DNA from: Lepidodermella squamata
Lineage: Eukaryota > Animalia > Gastrotricha
Direction: 5' to 3'
Assembly (NCBI GenBank): GCA_047495785.1
Contig: JBLDXI010000018.1
Location: 124,001 to 188,000, forward strand
Length of the DNA stretch: 64,000 bases
The notes beneath the pieces were generated by a model. It did not search any database, had not been told where the DNA came from, and saw only the letters and a program-made list of their open reading frames with translations. Of the stretch, positions 22,873 through 34,668 are shown piece by piece. Made by a program: the position numbers and the translations under genes. Within the stretch, counting starts at the first letter, position 1. Each line of letters starts with the position of its first letter.

Positions 22873-24487
22873 CTAGCCATCGACCATAGCGCAGGTGTAC
22901 TCGTATCGGTGAGTGATGTGACTAGTGCGCACCAGTTGGAACTGTTGCAGCAACTTACCATCGGGACAGGTCGGGCGTTGGCCGACGAGGGGGAATGTTT
23001 TGCCCTGGGCATCATCGACGAAATCATCGGTCGCATGTTTAGTAGTGATGAGCGTACCCCAGACCTAAAAAAATCTTTGTAAAGTATCAGCGGTTGGATC
23101 TTTGGAATTCGCACCGAGCAGCAAGCGTAGGAGTAGCCAATTCTACCTTCAGAAATCATGCGGTCCATACCCAGTAACACTTTCTGCAGGACCTGGTTAG
23201 CATTGCATTTGACATTTTGTCTGTCAAGGAAATCGGTGTTGCCGTAGTACCCGAAAGTATAATCGTTCTCCACGTAGATGCACGACGCAACGAGAGAAGG
23301 AGCAGCACAGCACGTGTACGTGTACTGGGCGGAGGTTCCATTAGGTCATTCCATGGTCAGTCCGAATGAAGTCAGGTAATTTTTGTCGCCACAATCCAGC
23401 ATGACAGGAGGATATGTGAAGCTGTACACGTTCCCGTTGGGATCATTGACCAACTGGGCTTTCAGGATGGCACCGGAGCACTGCTCATACCACTTGGGAG
23501 CTACAGTAAAGCAATGTTATTGACGTTTTAACCGCTGCTTCGCAACTTACGGCGAGGGATGAAACCAACGCAGGTGTATTCGAAGCGTATCATGCCCTGA
23601 GTTACATCGCGTTGCAAGTGCCACCTCTGCAGCAGCTCGCCATCCGCGCATGTCAGATTGTGACGGCCAAACGACGTCGTTCTGTTACTTGCCGTGTCGT
23701 AAGTGGTTGTCAGCGCCCTTTTGTTAAGATCATATGGGGCAAAAATCTGGCCAAAAAAGAAAAATACATGAGAGGGTGCAGATCAGTGATATGAACGTTG
23801 GTACGAGAGTGGCTAGTGCCCAATAGACTTGGGTAAATTTTATAAACAGGCTGAAGGCTACCATTGCGAGATGTCCTAGTAGACAACGGAGGGGCCGCTT
23901 CAAACGGTTGCCTGCTAACTGTTACTGTCCTCTTTAAATTCCCGTGAAAAAGGGAACATGTAGATGAGCACAAAGGTTCAGGCGTCATGACCTGGCTACT
24001 AACCTCGCAGCAAGTGTAGCTGTATCTGATTTGAGTCCACCATGCGGACAGGGAGAAGCCTTTAAGAACTTCATTGGCGTTGCAGTTGATATCCTGCTTC
24101 TCCAGTGAGACGATACCAAAGCTATTGCTTTCAGTGAGGTCATTGGCAACCTGCCTGCACGTTTTGACTATCGGGGCCTTGCAGCACTTGTATTCATACT
24201 GAGCCGACCAGCCAGACGAAGACGGAGTGAACTTGGTCCTCCACGACGCCAGGTAGCTGCCGTTGGGGCAGTTGACATAACGGTTGTTGAAATCGTATAG
24301 CATGCCATCGGTGTAGAACGCGTCGGTGGTGCTCACTCCAGTGGAGCAATCGACAGGCTTCGCAGGGCTAACCGTAGTTTCTGAAGAGAAGAATGCAACA
24401 TGGGCTAATATTGGATTCAAGGCTCGGTATCTTACGGCAAAAGGCAATGCTGAAAATCGCCGCGATAACAGCCAGTCCGAAACTCAT
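22873..24487 (-). pseudogene. Secreted Cys triplet-repeat protein copy A (6 repeats), disrupted by in-frame TGA
   Basis: Signal exon 24487-24436 plus four further exons; GLTME*PNG (TGA 23346-23348) where paralogs read GLTRP; normal stop TAG 22873-22875. Confidence 0.75.
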
Positions 24488-25762
24488 CTTACGGAAAGTT
24501 TGCAATCGGCAGTTGAATTTGCAAGGCAAAAATAGGTGAATGACTAAATGACACTGCTGCCGGTTGAGCTTCTTGCGGATGTTTATGGACGGTATTATCT
24601 TAAACTCAACGACAACTGAGCACACTTTCCGACGGAAAGAGCGCGGTTGCGGGGGCAGAGAGGCAGCAATTTTTGCTGGCACCAATACCTAGTAAAATAT
24701 ATACCTAGTGTAAAAATACATTTTATTATTTTAAACAAATATGTTTAACAATTATTATTCGCATCTCAACTTCGGCATTACTGTAAAGGTCGCCCTTTGG
24801 CAGCGCAGCGCGAATTGGACGAAATTTACGAGTGTAAAGCGGCGCTACAGCAAGGCATGGCCTCATTTATTGTCCAATGGCTTTTATTCTCGTGGAGCAG
24901 TTTCACAGTTTGCGAGTGGAATCGCGAAATTTATCGCGATTAACAATGAGCTGCGCTAATGCGATTGATCAGCTACGCCTCTTAATGATGTTATTCTAGA
25001 TATTAGTCAGCAAGCCAATATGAAATATCGTTTATTTCTGATTAATTTAATATGATCCGAAAAAATTAAAAATGTTATCCTGTCCCGTAGATATTGACTG
25101 CATGAAAAAAGTCATTGCATTCAGCGAATCAGCAAGAGAAGGTTGGATCCTCCATCCAAAGATCCGAAAAATCAGTCGAAAAAGCATCTGAGGTCGACCA
25201 AGAAAAGTGCGCGTATTACGAGTCATGTGTTGAATATTTCAAAGCAAAATACAACCTCTACCAGTCGAAGTGAACATGAGAAGTAGCAGGTCGTGGTGCC
25301 ACTATGATGTTAACGCCTGTTTTCTTTGACATTCAGATTCGAAGGTCGTTGCGGCCAAAAATAACCGCATTAGCAGTGATCGTTATGTTTCTTCCGTGAT
25401 AATAATGTTATTCATGAAAATCACTTATTAACGCAAAGATCAGTTTTAAGCGGCGACCTGGAGATCTCGATCCCAAAAAACTGAATTGCGTTGATTATTG
25501 TCAATGAAATGGTGCAAAAGAACGGTGAAATAATAAAGTTTGAAGTTTGAAGTTTGAAACAAAAGCTTTATTCATTCTACGTTCATCAGTAATCTGAGTC
25601 GCATTCTCATACCTTGAAATTAATATATTTTGACGATATTTAATCTTATAGCTCGTATAATAGTTATATATATGTGTTAGATTGTTCAGCCTTCACCGCC
25701 AATCCCTTAACTAATCTGCAGTCTGCTCCTGCTCTCCAATTCATGCAACAAAGCTCACAAGC

Positions 25763-27371
25763 CTAGTTCTCGACCTTTGCACAGGTGTATTCGATGCGGT
25801 GGTAGCCATATCCATTACGTTTCAGTTGGAACTGTTGCAGCAACTTGCCATCGGTGCAGGTCGGTCGATGGCTTACGAGGGAGAACGTTCTCCCAAACTG
25901 ATGAGTCTGTTCATCGGCATAATTGGTCGCATAGCCACTTAAGGTGACCTTACCTACAACCTAAAAAAAAGTATCTAAAAACAACAGCGATTGAATTTAT
26001 GAAATTCGTACCGAGCAGCAAGTGTAGTTGTAGCCAATTTTACCTTCGCTATCAAAAGATAGGTATTCCAAGACAAATCTGCCCATGACCTCGTTGGCAC
26101 TGCATTGGGCATTCTGCCTGTCAAGGAAATTTGCGTCGCCTTTGGAGGCAGGAGTCCAACCGTTGAAGACATTGCGGCACGACGAAGCGATGGGAGCAGC
26201 ACAGCAAGTGTACGTGTACTGGAGGCCGCCAGGCCTGGTCAGTCCGAATGAAGTTATATAACTGCCGTCGGGACATTTGACAGGCATATAACTGAGCCAC
26301 ACGGTTATCCCAACCGAGTCTGGAGCTTCCGATGTTTTCAGGATGTCATTGGAGCACTTTTCGTACCACTGAACTACATCGAAGCAATTATGTTTGATTA
26401 TCAATCGGGACTTTGCAACTTACTGCGACGGATACTTGCGCAGGTGTATTCGAAGCGTATCATGCCCTGGGCTACATCGCGCTGCAGGTGCCACCTCTGC
26501 AGCAGCTCACCATCCGCGCAAGTGAGATTGTGACGGTCAAACGACGTCGTTTTGTTACTTGCCTTGTCGTAAGTGGTTGTTAGCGCCTTGGTGCTAACTG
26601 CAAATGCGGCATCAACCTGGGAAAGAATTTCAAGAGTACACGGTTGGCTGTTTTCCAAAGCACATGCTTTCAAGCTTCAAGGCGGGGGAGGGGGCGGAGG
26701 GGGGGGGGGGCGGAGCAACACCCCCCTCATATTGAAGTGGGCCTTGTCTATGAAAATAGACAACAGACAACTGTACGAAACAGAAACCTTCTGACAGAGA
26801 AGTCTGGCCCCTTAACAGTCCAGTAAAAATAATACGACAAAATGCGGGCGTCATGATCCCGATACTAACCTCGCAGCAAGTGTAGTTGTATCTGATCTGA
26901 TTCCACCATGCGGACAGCGAGAAGCCCTTAAGAACTTCATTGGCGTTGCACTTGATATCCTGTTTGTCCATGGAGACGACATCGAAGCCATTGCTATCCG
27001 TCAGGTCATTGACAACCGGTCTGCACTTTAAGACAGACGGGGCCTTGCAGCACTTGTATTCATACTGAGCCGACCAGCCAGACAAACCAGACCAACCGGA
27101 CGAAGACGGAGTGAACTTGGTCCTCCACGACGCCAGGTAGCTGCCGTTGGGGCAGTTGACATAACGATTGTTGAAATCGTATAGCATGCCATCGGTGTAG
27201 AACGCGTCGGTGGTGCTCACTCCAGTGGAGCAATCGACAGGCTTCGCAGGGCTGACCGTAGTTTCTGAAGAGACGAATGCAACATGAGCTAATATTGGTT
27301 TGAAGAGAAGGTAACTTACGGTTAAAGACAATGCCGGAAATCGCTGCGAGAACAGCCAGTCTGAAACTCAT
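25763..27371 (-). CDS. Secreted Cys triplet-repeat protein copy B (6 repeats), 5 exons
   Basis: MSFRLAVLAAISGIVFN signal; repeats NCPNGSYL..YKCC, KCNANEVL..YTCC, TCADGELL..YTC, KCPDGSYI..YTCC, LDRQNAQC..YTCC, TCTDGKLL..YTCAKVEN*. Confidence 0.8.
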
Positions 27372-27761
27372 CTTACGGAAAGTTTCCATTCGTCAGTAGA
27401 ATTTGAAAGGAAAAACAGATGAATGCTCAGATGACACCGCTGCCGGTTGAGCTTCTTGCGGATGTTTATGGACGGTATTATCTTAAACTCAACGACAACT
27501 GAGCACACTTTCCGACGGAAAAAGCGCGGTTGCGGGGGCAGAGAGGCAGCAATTTTTTGCTGGCACCAATACCTAGTAAAATATATACCTAGTGTAAAAA
27601 TACATTTTATTATTTAAAGAAATATGTTTAACAATTATTATTCACATGCCAACTTCGGTATTACTGTATAGATCGCCCTCTGACATGGCCTCATTTATTG
27701 TCCAGTTGTTTTATTCCCGTATGTAACATTTTTATTGTTTCAGGTGAATTCGCGCAATTAA

Positions 27762-28062
27762 CCCTTTCACGGCGGGAAGGACGATTTCGGAAATCGCGGA
27801 AAATCGAATTTGATGAATTCGTGATCGCCCTTTTGAGGAAGTTTGCTCTTCGATGTTGCCTACAAGGTTTTGAAACCAGGACACCGTTATCTTGCATGGT
27901 CAGGACATACCAGCAATTTGAAACAATTTGTTTTCGTACAGCCTTAGCGGTGATAGATAAAGACAAACGGATTTCAAAATCGTGATCAGGGCCTTCGAAA
28001 ACCCCTAACACTTCCGTCAAATATTTTTTCTACCGCAGATAACTAATTCCGCTATGAAAGGG
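27762..28062. mobile_element. piggyBac-type MITE
   Basis: TTAA|CCCTTTCACGGCGG ... CCGCTATGAAAGGG|TTAA; the paralogous region upstream of copy A (~24920-24960) lacks it. Confidence 0.85.
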
Positions 28063-29597
28063 TTAATCGCGACCAGTCATGAGCAGCGCCAATTAGTAGC
28101 GGTTTGCCGACAAATAATTTCAAATGCTCAAAATGTGATAAAGGTGAACAGAAATAGCATAATAAATATTGGGGTGGAAAATAATGACATGATTCATCTC
28201 AATAAATTTGAAGCGATGAACTTTGCCTCTTATTAGTCTGACTTCAGTTTTCGTGTCCGAAAACCTCTTAGTGCGACGTCCTACCTACGTCACATGAGTC
28301 GCCTCTATAATAAAGCCGAAATCATGCACCCCCAATAATAATCATAGCAACATGAGGACGAAAAGACTAAATCAGCTGTGGCTTAGTACAAAACGCTCGA
28401 AATGTTATTTTGATATCGGTTTAGGTTTAGACTTGAAAATAGTTAAAATAAGAAAAATCTTGAGCTTTTAGTATGGTTAAGCTCCACTCAGTACAAAAAC
28501 GTCATGCGAAACGCCAGCAGCACATTGTCCCTATCCAGCAACCCACCGCAAAAGTGCGGGATGAACTGCGGGATAGCGATAAGCGGTAAGCGATAGCGCA
28601 GTAACCATCCAGTTTCCATGGGAGAACTTGGCAATCAGCGAAATAGAATCTGAACCGCGGCAGCGTTCTCGTTCAGCGGCCGCTTTCAGTAAGTATAGAA
28701 TTGCGAGGGCTACCCGCTGTTACAAGATTTAACAATCGGTGATAATCGATTCGCCTTGCAATCGATTTCAAAAGCCGATTTCGACACGATCGGCTGCGTT
28801 ATATTGTTCAACGGCCGCTTACAGTTATCGATACAGTAATCATATTTCAGCACGAATCGAATCTTCTGAGTGTTGATAGAGGACTTCTTTTTTTCCTCCA
28901 CTATAACCTTGGAGGTACTGCATCCACAAGTTTCTGACAATCGCTGGTCGCTGGGGTTGATTCTCTGAGGTTGCATGTCAGCACAGTGAAAGATGTAGAG
29001 AAGCGAGCTCAAAGAAATTCCCGAGTGAAGCCGCATTTGATTTCCTGGGGCTCGCTCAGTTCATCGCCGACGCGAACTTGAAAGCTTTTGTCGCTTAGAA
29101 AGTTTGCCAAACTTGCGATACAAGCACAGGAATAAACTCTCAGCGCCCTCTGGTCTGACAATTTATACCATCTAAATATAATAATGCTATATACTAATGC
29201 TAGATACTAAATACTAATGTCTCAATTCAGTCCGGCGTGTGGCGCGTGGCGCCTAAGTACCTACGTGGCAGCAAGTATAGTTATATTTGATCGAATAATT
29301 TGCATAGCTTTGTTGGAAGCCATCGTCACGTTGCGTATGAAAGGGGCGCCATTTTATTATTATTACGAAAATTAAATATAAAGACCGATTATGTCCCAAA
29401 TTTTATAGCACTTTACTCCTCTCGCAATGACCTATCCAATGATGCAGGTGGTATCCACATAATCGCTTTCGTGGTCATTCAAACCTGGATTTAATTTTAA
29501 CGGTGTTTTTCATTTATTATCGAAACAGATTCACAATATTTCTATTATTAATATTCCAGCCATCGGTTCCGCCCAATGCGAATGGGATAATGAATTG

Positions 29598-30257
29598 CCA
29601 CATTTTCCGGCCCGCCGGTGTTTCCTCCGCGCGCGCGCTCCTATTGGTTGGCTCGTTTTACGCGTAAATACGCCTCGCTCGCATTTATTGCGCAACAAAT
29701 AATTGCAGCCCTCCCTCGCGCGCGCGCATGAAAAGGCATGTACAAGTCCGAAATTCAGGAGAAAATTAAGTTCAACGTCACCCTAAAATAGCTTAAATTA
29801 GCCTAAAATAGCGCGCCTAAAATGGCTATTTCCAGTTTATTTTTTTATTTTATAATTTTTCATAAAAAAATGCGTGTTCTTCGAAAAAAATCCATCGCAT
29901 CCTTTCTCTTAAATGAACTTTTTAAATTCTCACGGCGGGTGTTTTTGGATACGAACAGATAAGTCATCAAATAAAGACGTGTAGGCCGCCACGATGCAGT
30001 CAATTTTGTTGTCGTATTAACAATACCAAACATCCTTTTTAAGGGTGGGCTATATATTTTTGTTGGAAAGCATGCAGCATGCTTGTCTTTTGTCTTTGAC
30101 TTAGCAAACTGTCTTAGACTTAGCGCACGGGCGCTCAGGGCGCGTTCGAGTGCGCGCGCGCGGGGGTAGGCTACAATTATCTTGAAATGTTGCGCAATAG
30201 GCCCCAACCAATAGGAGCGCGCGCGCGGAGGAAACACCGGCGGGCCGGAAAATGTGC
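29598..30257. mobile_element. Mutator-like MITE
   Basis: ~50-bp perfect TIR CACATTTTCCGGCCCGCCGGTGTTTCCTCCGCGCGCGCGCTCCTATTGGTTGG, imperfect to ~130 bp; 9-bp TSD AATGAATTG (29589-29597, 30258-30266). Confidence 0.88.
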
Positions 30258-30517
30258 AATGAATTGCCGTTTTTGATCGATCTGCATGAAGGCTCCCGCT
30301 AAGCAGATCACGGTCAAGTGAGAATGGGGTGAATTGATCTTCCTTCACATTTTGAGGACGTGTTTGATGAGGCCTAAGGCGCCTTAGAGCCGCTCCAAGG
30401 CGACTGTAAGGCAACTTGCATTAATCATTCCAAGGCTTCTAAGTGTGCTGCGATTCACAACTCAGGCTGATTAATGAAATATAAATATTTTCATAAGTAA
30501 AATATTTACTCCACGGG

Positions 30518-30660
30518 CAGTGCCGGATCATGACACCTGAACTTGACCATGGGCCCCTATAGGCAATAGGCAATTCTCTGATCGGGGCCCAGCTGAGCGC
30601 TTGGGGGTGAGGTTCCCCTGTGGGTTTCGACTGAGCAGCCAACAGTTTCCTCCGGCCTTG
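30518..30660. mobile_element. Short hAT-type MITE
   Basis: CAGTGCCGGA ... TCCGGCCTTG ends; exact 8-bp TSD TCCACGGG (30510-30517, 30661-30668). Confidence 0.8.
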
Positions 30661-31266
30661 TCCACGGGGTTATTTGACACTTGGTTTCACGTAGATAGCG
30701 TCGACTGCTCTTATAACCGCTAACAAACTACAAAAGGAGATGCCAAAATCGTTTTCTGCTGCGGAGTAATTGAAGCTGAAAGTTTCGATTGCGTAATTTC
30801 GTCAAACGGTTTGATTACTGAAGCAGCGTTAGCCATCGTAAAAAGATTGTTCCCGGTCGATTTATCCAAACATTTAAAACATTTATTCAAAGTTCAAATG
30901 TAGAATTTCGGATTGGTTTCAACCTCAAAGCTATACTTTTACCCCAGCCATTTTCTGGTGTGAAAGCTTTGAAGCGTAGTGATTCTTGCCCATAGCAAAC
31001 CGCTGAGATGACAAACTTACGAGTGAATTTTATATCTATTCCACATTCTTTTTATCGCTTTATTCATTCCATGTTCGTCGCCAATCTGACCCCGACTCAC
31101 TTCCCTCTCAAATACATATTATCGATACAATAAAATGTCTTATATAACAATATATAAGGCTTATGCGGTACAACGCTCACACTGTTTCATACTGCTCACA
31201 CTTCGACTATAAATCTGCTGACTAATCTGCAAGCTGCTGCTGCTCTCCCGTGCATGCCACACAAGC

Positions 31267-33360
31267 TTAGTCCTCGACCTTAGCGCAGGTGAACTCGTAG
31301 CGGTGGGTGTTACTGGCTCTTCGCACCAGTTGGAACTGTTGCAGCAACTTCCCATCGGGGCAGGTTGGGCGTTGGCCGACCAGAGGATACGTTTTGCCCT
31401 TGGGATCATCCACGTATTCACTGGTCGAAAGGCTAGTGGTGGTAACCTTCCCCGTGACCTAAAAACAAATTTCTCTAAAACGTCGGCCTTACTATTTAGG
31501 AAATTCGCACCGAGCAGCAGGTGTAGAAGTAGCTGATTAAACCTTCGGGAATTTTCCAGGGGTCCAGAACCTGGACTACGCTTCGCAGGACCTCATTAGA
31601 ATTGCATTTGACATTTTGGCGGTCAAGGAAATTGGTGTCGCCGTAGTAGGCGGGGGTCCAACTGCTCTGTACTTTGCGGCACGACGAAGCGAAAGGAGCT
31701 GCGCAGCACGCGTAGGTGTACTGGGTGGCGTTTCCATTCGGCCTCGTCAGTCCAAATGAAGTGATGTAATTATTCGCGCGACAATCAATGTTAAGATAAG
31801 TGAGCTGGAGCATGTTTCCATCGGGGTCATCTCTCAAGCCGGTTTTCAGCGTGGTATTGGAGCACTTCTCGTACCACTTGGCAGCTACAGAGAAGCAATG
31901 TTATTTCTTTAACACCTGTAGCTATGCAACTCACGCATAGCGATTTTAGCACATGTGTATTCGAAGCGTATCATGCCCTGGGCTACATCGCGTTGCAGGT
32001 GCCACCGCTGTAGCAGCTCACCGTCCGCACAGGTGAGATTGTGATTGCTGAAAGACGTCGTTTTGTTGCTTGCCTTGTCGTAATTGGTTGTTAGCGCCGT
32101 TGTTTTGATATCATACGCACTGTCAACCTGGGAATGAAAAGCACATGAGAGGTGCAGGGTAGTGCCCGACGCCAAAAATCACTGCGCAATCAGAGGGTAA
32201 AAGTGGACTTGCCAAGACGAAATGTTTAAGAATATTGTGGCAGCGCGCGGTAATCCGTAGGATAATAATGAAGTTTTCCATTTTTAATGCTACCTAACCC
32301 CCAGGGAGATGGCACCGGTTTCCAAACAGGCTTGGCCATCTTGACGTCATCCGAATGAAAAATTCGACTTTTTTCTAGATGCTATCTTTTTTAAAATAAT
32401 TTTCAATAGGATGACGTCAAGATGACGTGTTGGGGGCCCGTGGAGGCCCTAAAGCGTGTGCCCGTGCGCTGTTTCGCACAATTACAGATTACCTAAATAT
32501 TTCAAAATTGTGCAAAGTAGTAATTTTAACCAGATTAAATGAAAACTGACAGATTTCTTCAATTCATTCAGACAATTCCACCATGCGAGTGCACAATCGT
32601 GGTTTCATGATAGACAACCCTAGAAAGAGGCACCTTCAGGCTTGTTACCCAAACATTCCTGAGACTATACCCGTACCCAGTCGAGCCTCTTAGTGAGGTT
32701 CATAGGTACATTCGGACGCCATGATTTCGCATATTGAAGTGGGCCTTTTCTATGAAAATAGACAACAGACAACTGTACGAAACAGAAACCTTCTGACAGA
32801 GAAGTCTGGCCCCTTAACAGTCCAGTAAAAATAATACGACAAAATGCGGGCGTCATGATCCTGATACTAACCTCGCAGCAAGTGTAGTTATATCTGATCT
32901 GATTCCACCATGCGGACAAGTAGAAGCCTTTCAGAACCTCATTGGCGTTGCACTTGATATCTTGTTTGTCCATGGAGACGACATCGAAGCCATTGCTATC
33001 AGTCAGGTCATTGATGACTTGTCTGCACTTCCCGACTACCGTGGACTTACAGCACTTGTATTCATACTGGGATGACTGAGACGACCAACCAGACGAAGAG
33101 GGAGTGAACTTGGTCCTCCACAACGCCAGGTAGCTGCCATCGGGGCAGTACAGGTTACGATTGTTGAAATCCTGTAGCATGCCATCGGTATCAAACGCGC
33201 TGGTCGTGCTCACTCCAGTCGAACAGTCGACAGGCTTCGCAGGGCTGACAGTGGTTTCTGAGAAACGAGTTTGAGACGAGTGAATGACGGATTAAAAGAA
33301 CTTACGGCTAAAGGCAATGACAAAAGCCGCTGCGAGGACAGTCAGTCTGAAACTCATCAT
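31267..33360 (-). CDS. Secreted Cys triplet-repeat protein copy C (6 repeats), 5 exons
   Basis: Same exon and phase structure as B; ends YEFTCAKVED* (TAA 31267-31269); ATG 33360 or 33357. Confidence 0.8.
32337..32424. repeat. Small inverted repeat (MITE-like) in intron of copy C
   Basis: CATCTTGACGTCATCC ... GGATGACGTCAAGATG. Confidence 0.55.
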
Positions 33361-34668
33361 ATAAGAAACGTTTCTGTTGACGGTTTAGTAAAAAACGATA
33401 AGATGTATGAACAAATGACACTACGGCCGGTCGGTTGACGATTTTTATTGGCGGAATTATTTTTAACTCGACTTCAAAAAGAGTAGTTTCTACCGAAAAA
33501 CAGCGTGGTTGTGGGGGCAGATACGCAGCTATTGTTTGCTAGCACCAATAGCTAGAAATACCATATTGCTAATATGATAATTAATTTTATTATTAATAAA
33601 CTGCCATTTGAAAATATAATTTGTTTAATTATTATTCACAACATAACTTGAGCATTACTGTATTGGTCGCTTTCTGGCAGAGCGAATATGAAGAAATTGC
33701 GCAGCTGGCCTGACAGCTATTCTTAGCATTCGATAATGCCGCATTCAAAATGCTGGCGAAGCAAGGTTTGACCTCATTTATTGTCAGAACACATTTATTC
33801 TCGTAAAACGCTTCTTTCAATTTCCTCGTGATGAAGAGATGGATTCACAAATGTGCGACAGGTACAACATTGTCGCTCTGATTTCTGGATCGAGCCTCAA
33901 GTCATCACTACCCCTTATGTGAATGAATGAATGAGCTATATATTTTTGAAAATAAATTGTTCAACAAGTAAAATCTTGAATGAGCTTCCTAAAACTTGCT
34001 TCCCTGAAAGTGTTGGCATCGAACACTTCAAAACCAATTTGAAGGATGTAGGCTGCATCTCACCATCGTGATAAAAACTGCCAAAGTTCTTTCGTAATTA
34101 AAAAAAATCAGATACACCGACCGTGGGCCGTGCCTGGTGTCTGGTTTGAGTTTGGTTCGAAGCATCTTGGAAGTGTCTGAAGGTGGAAGCATAAACACGA
34201 GAAATGGCCGGACCGCTGACTTCTCATCTTCACTGTATCTACAGTTGACATTACGTTAGTAAAATTTAGCTTCGCGCAAGAAGGGCGACTTCACTAAAAA
34301 TAGCTGAAAATAGCGCGTTCTACGGGCAAGTGACGTCAACTAAACAGCCCTTAAGTGTATCTGATGTGAACTGAACTGAATTCTGGAGTCGACATTGCCT
34401 ATGGGTCATTGTTCAATATGTTAACATTACATAAAATTCGACTATGTTTTTTTTATCGCTTTATTCATTATCACTATTATCGCGATTATCACTAAACTTA
34501 CTCTCAATCAGATCCCTCACCCCTCACAAGCAATAATTATACGGTATGTAACCTTATTGAATACGTTAATGATTATTATACGGCACAGTCTTCACATAAT
34601 TTTCTCTAACAATCTCTCGACTAATCTGTTAGCCGCTCCTGCTCTCCAATTCCCGCCACACATGGGTA

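Noticed and set aside
23346-23348. TGA as selenocysteine or readthrough codon
   Set aside because: Aligns to Arg, not Cys, in paralogs and is explained by a 6-nt insertion
26680-26730. Poly-G tract / GGGGGG peptide
   Set aside because: Intronic and absent from paralogs; likely a repeat remnant, with G-quadruplex function unsupported
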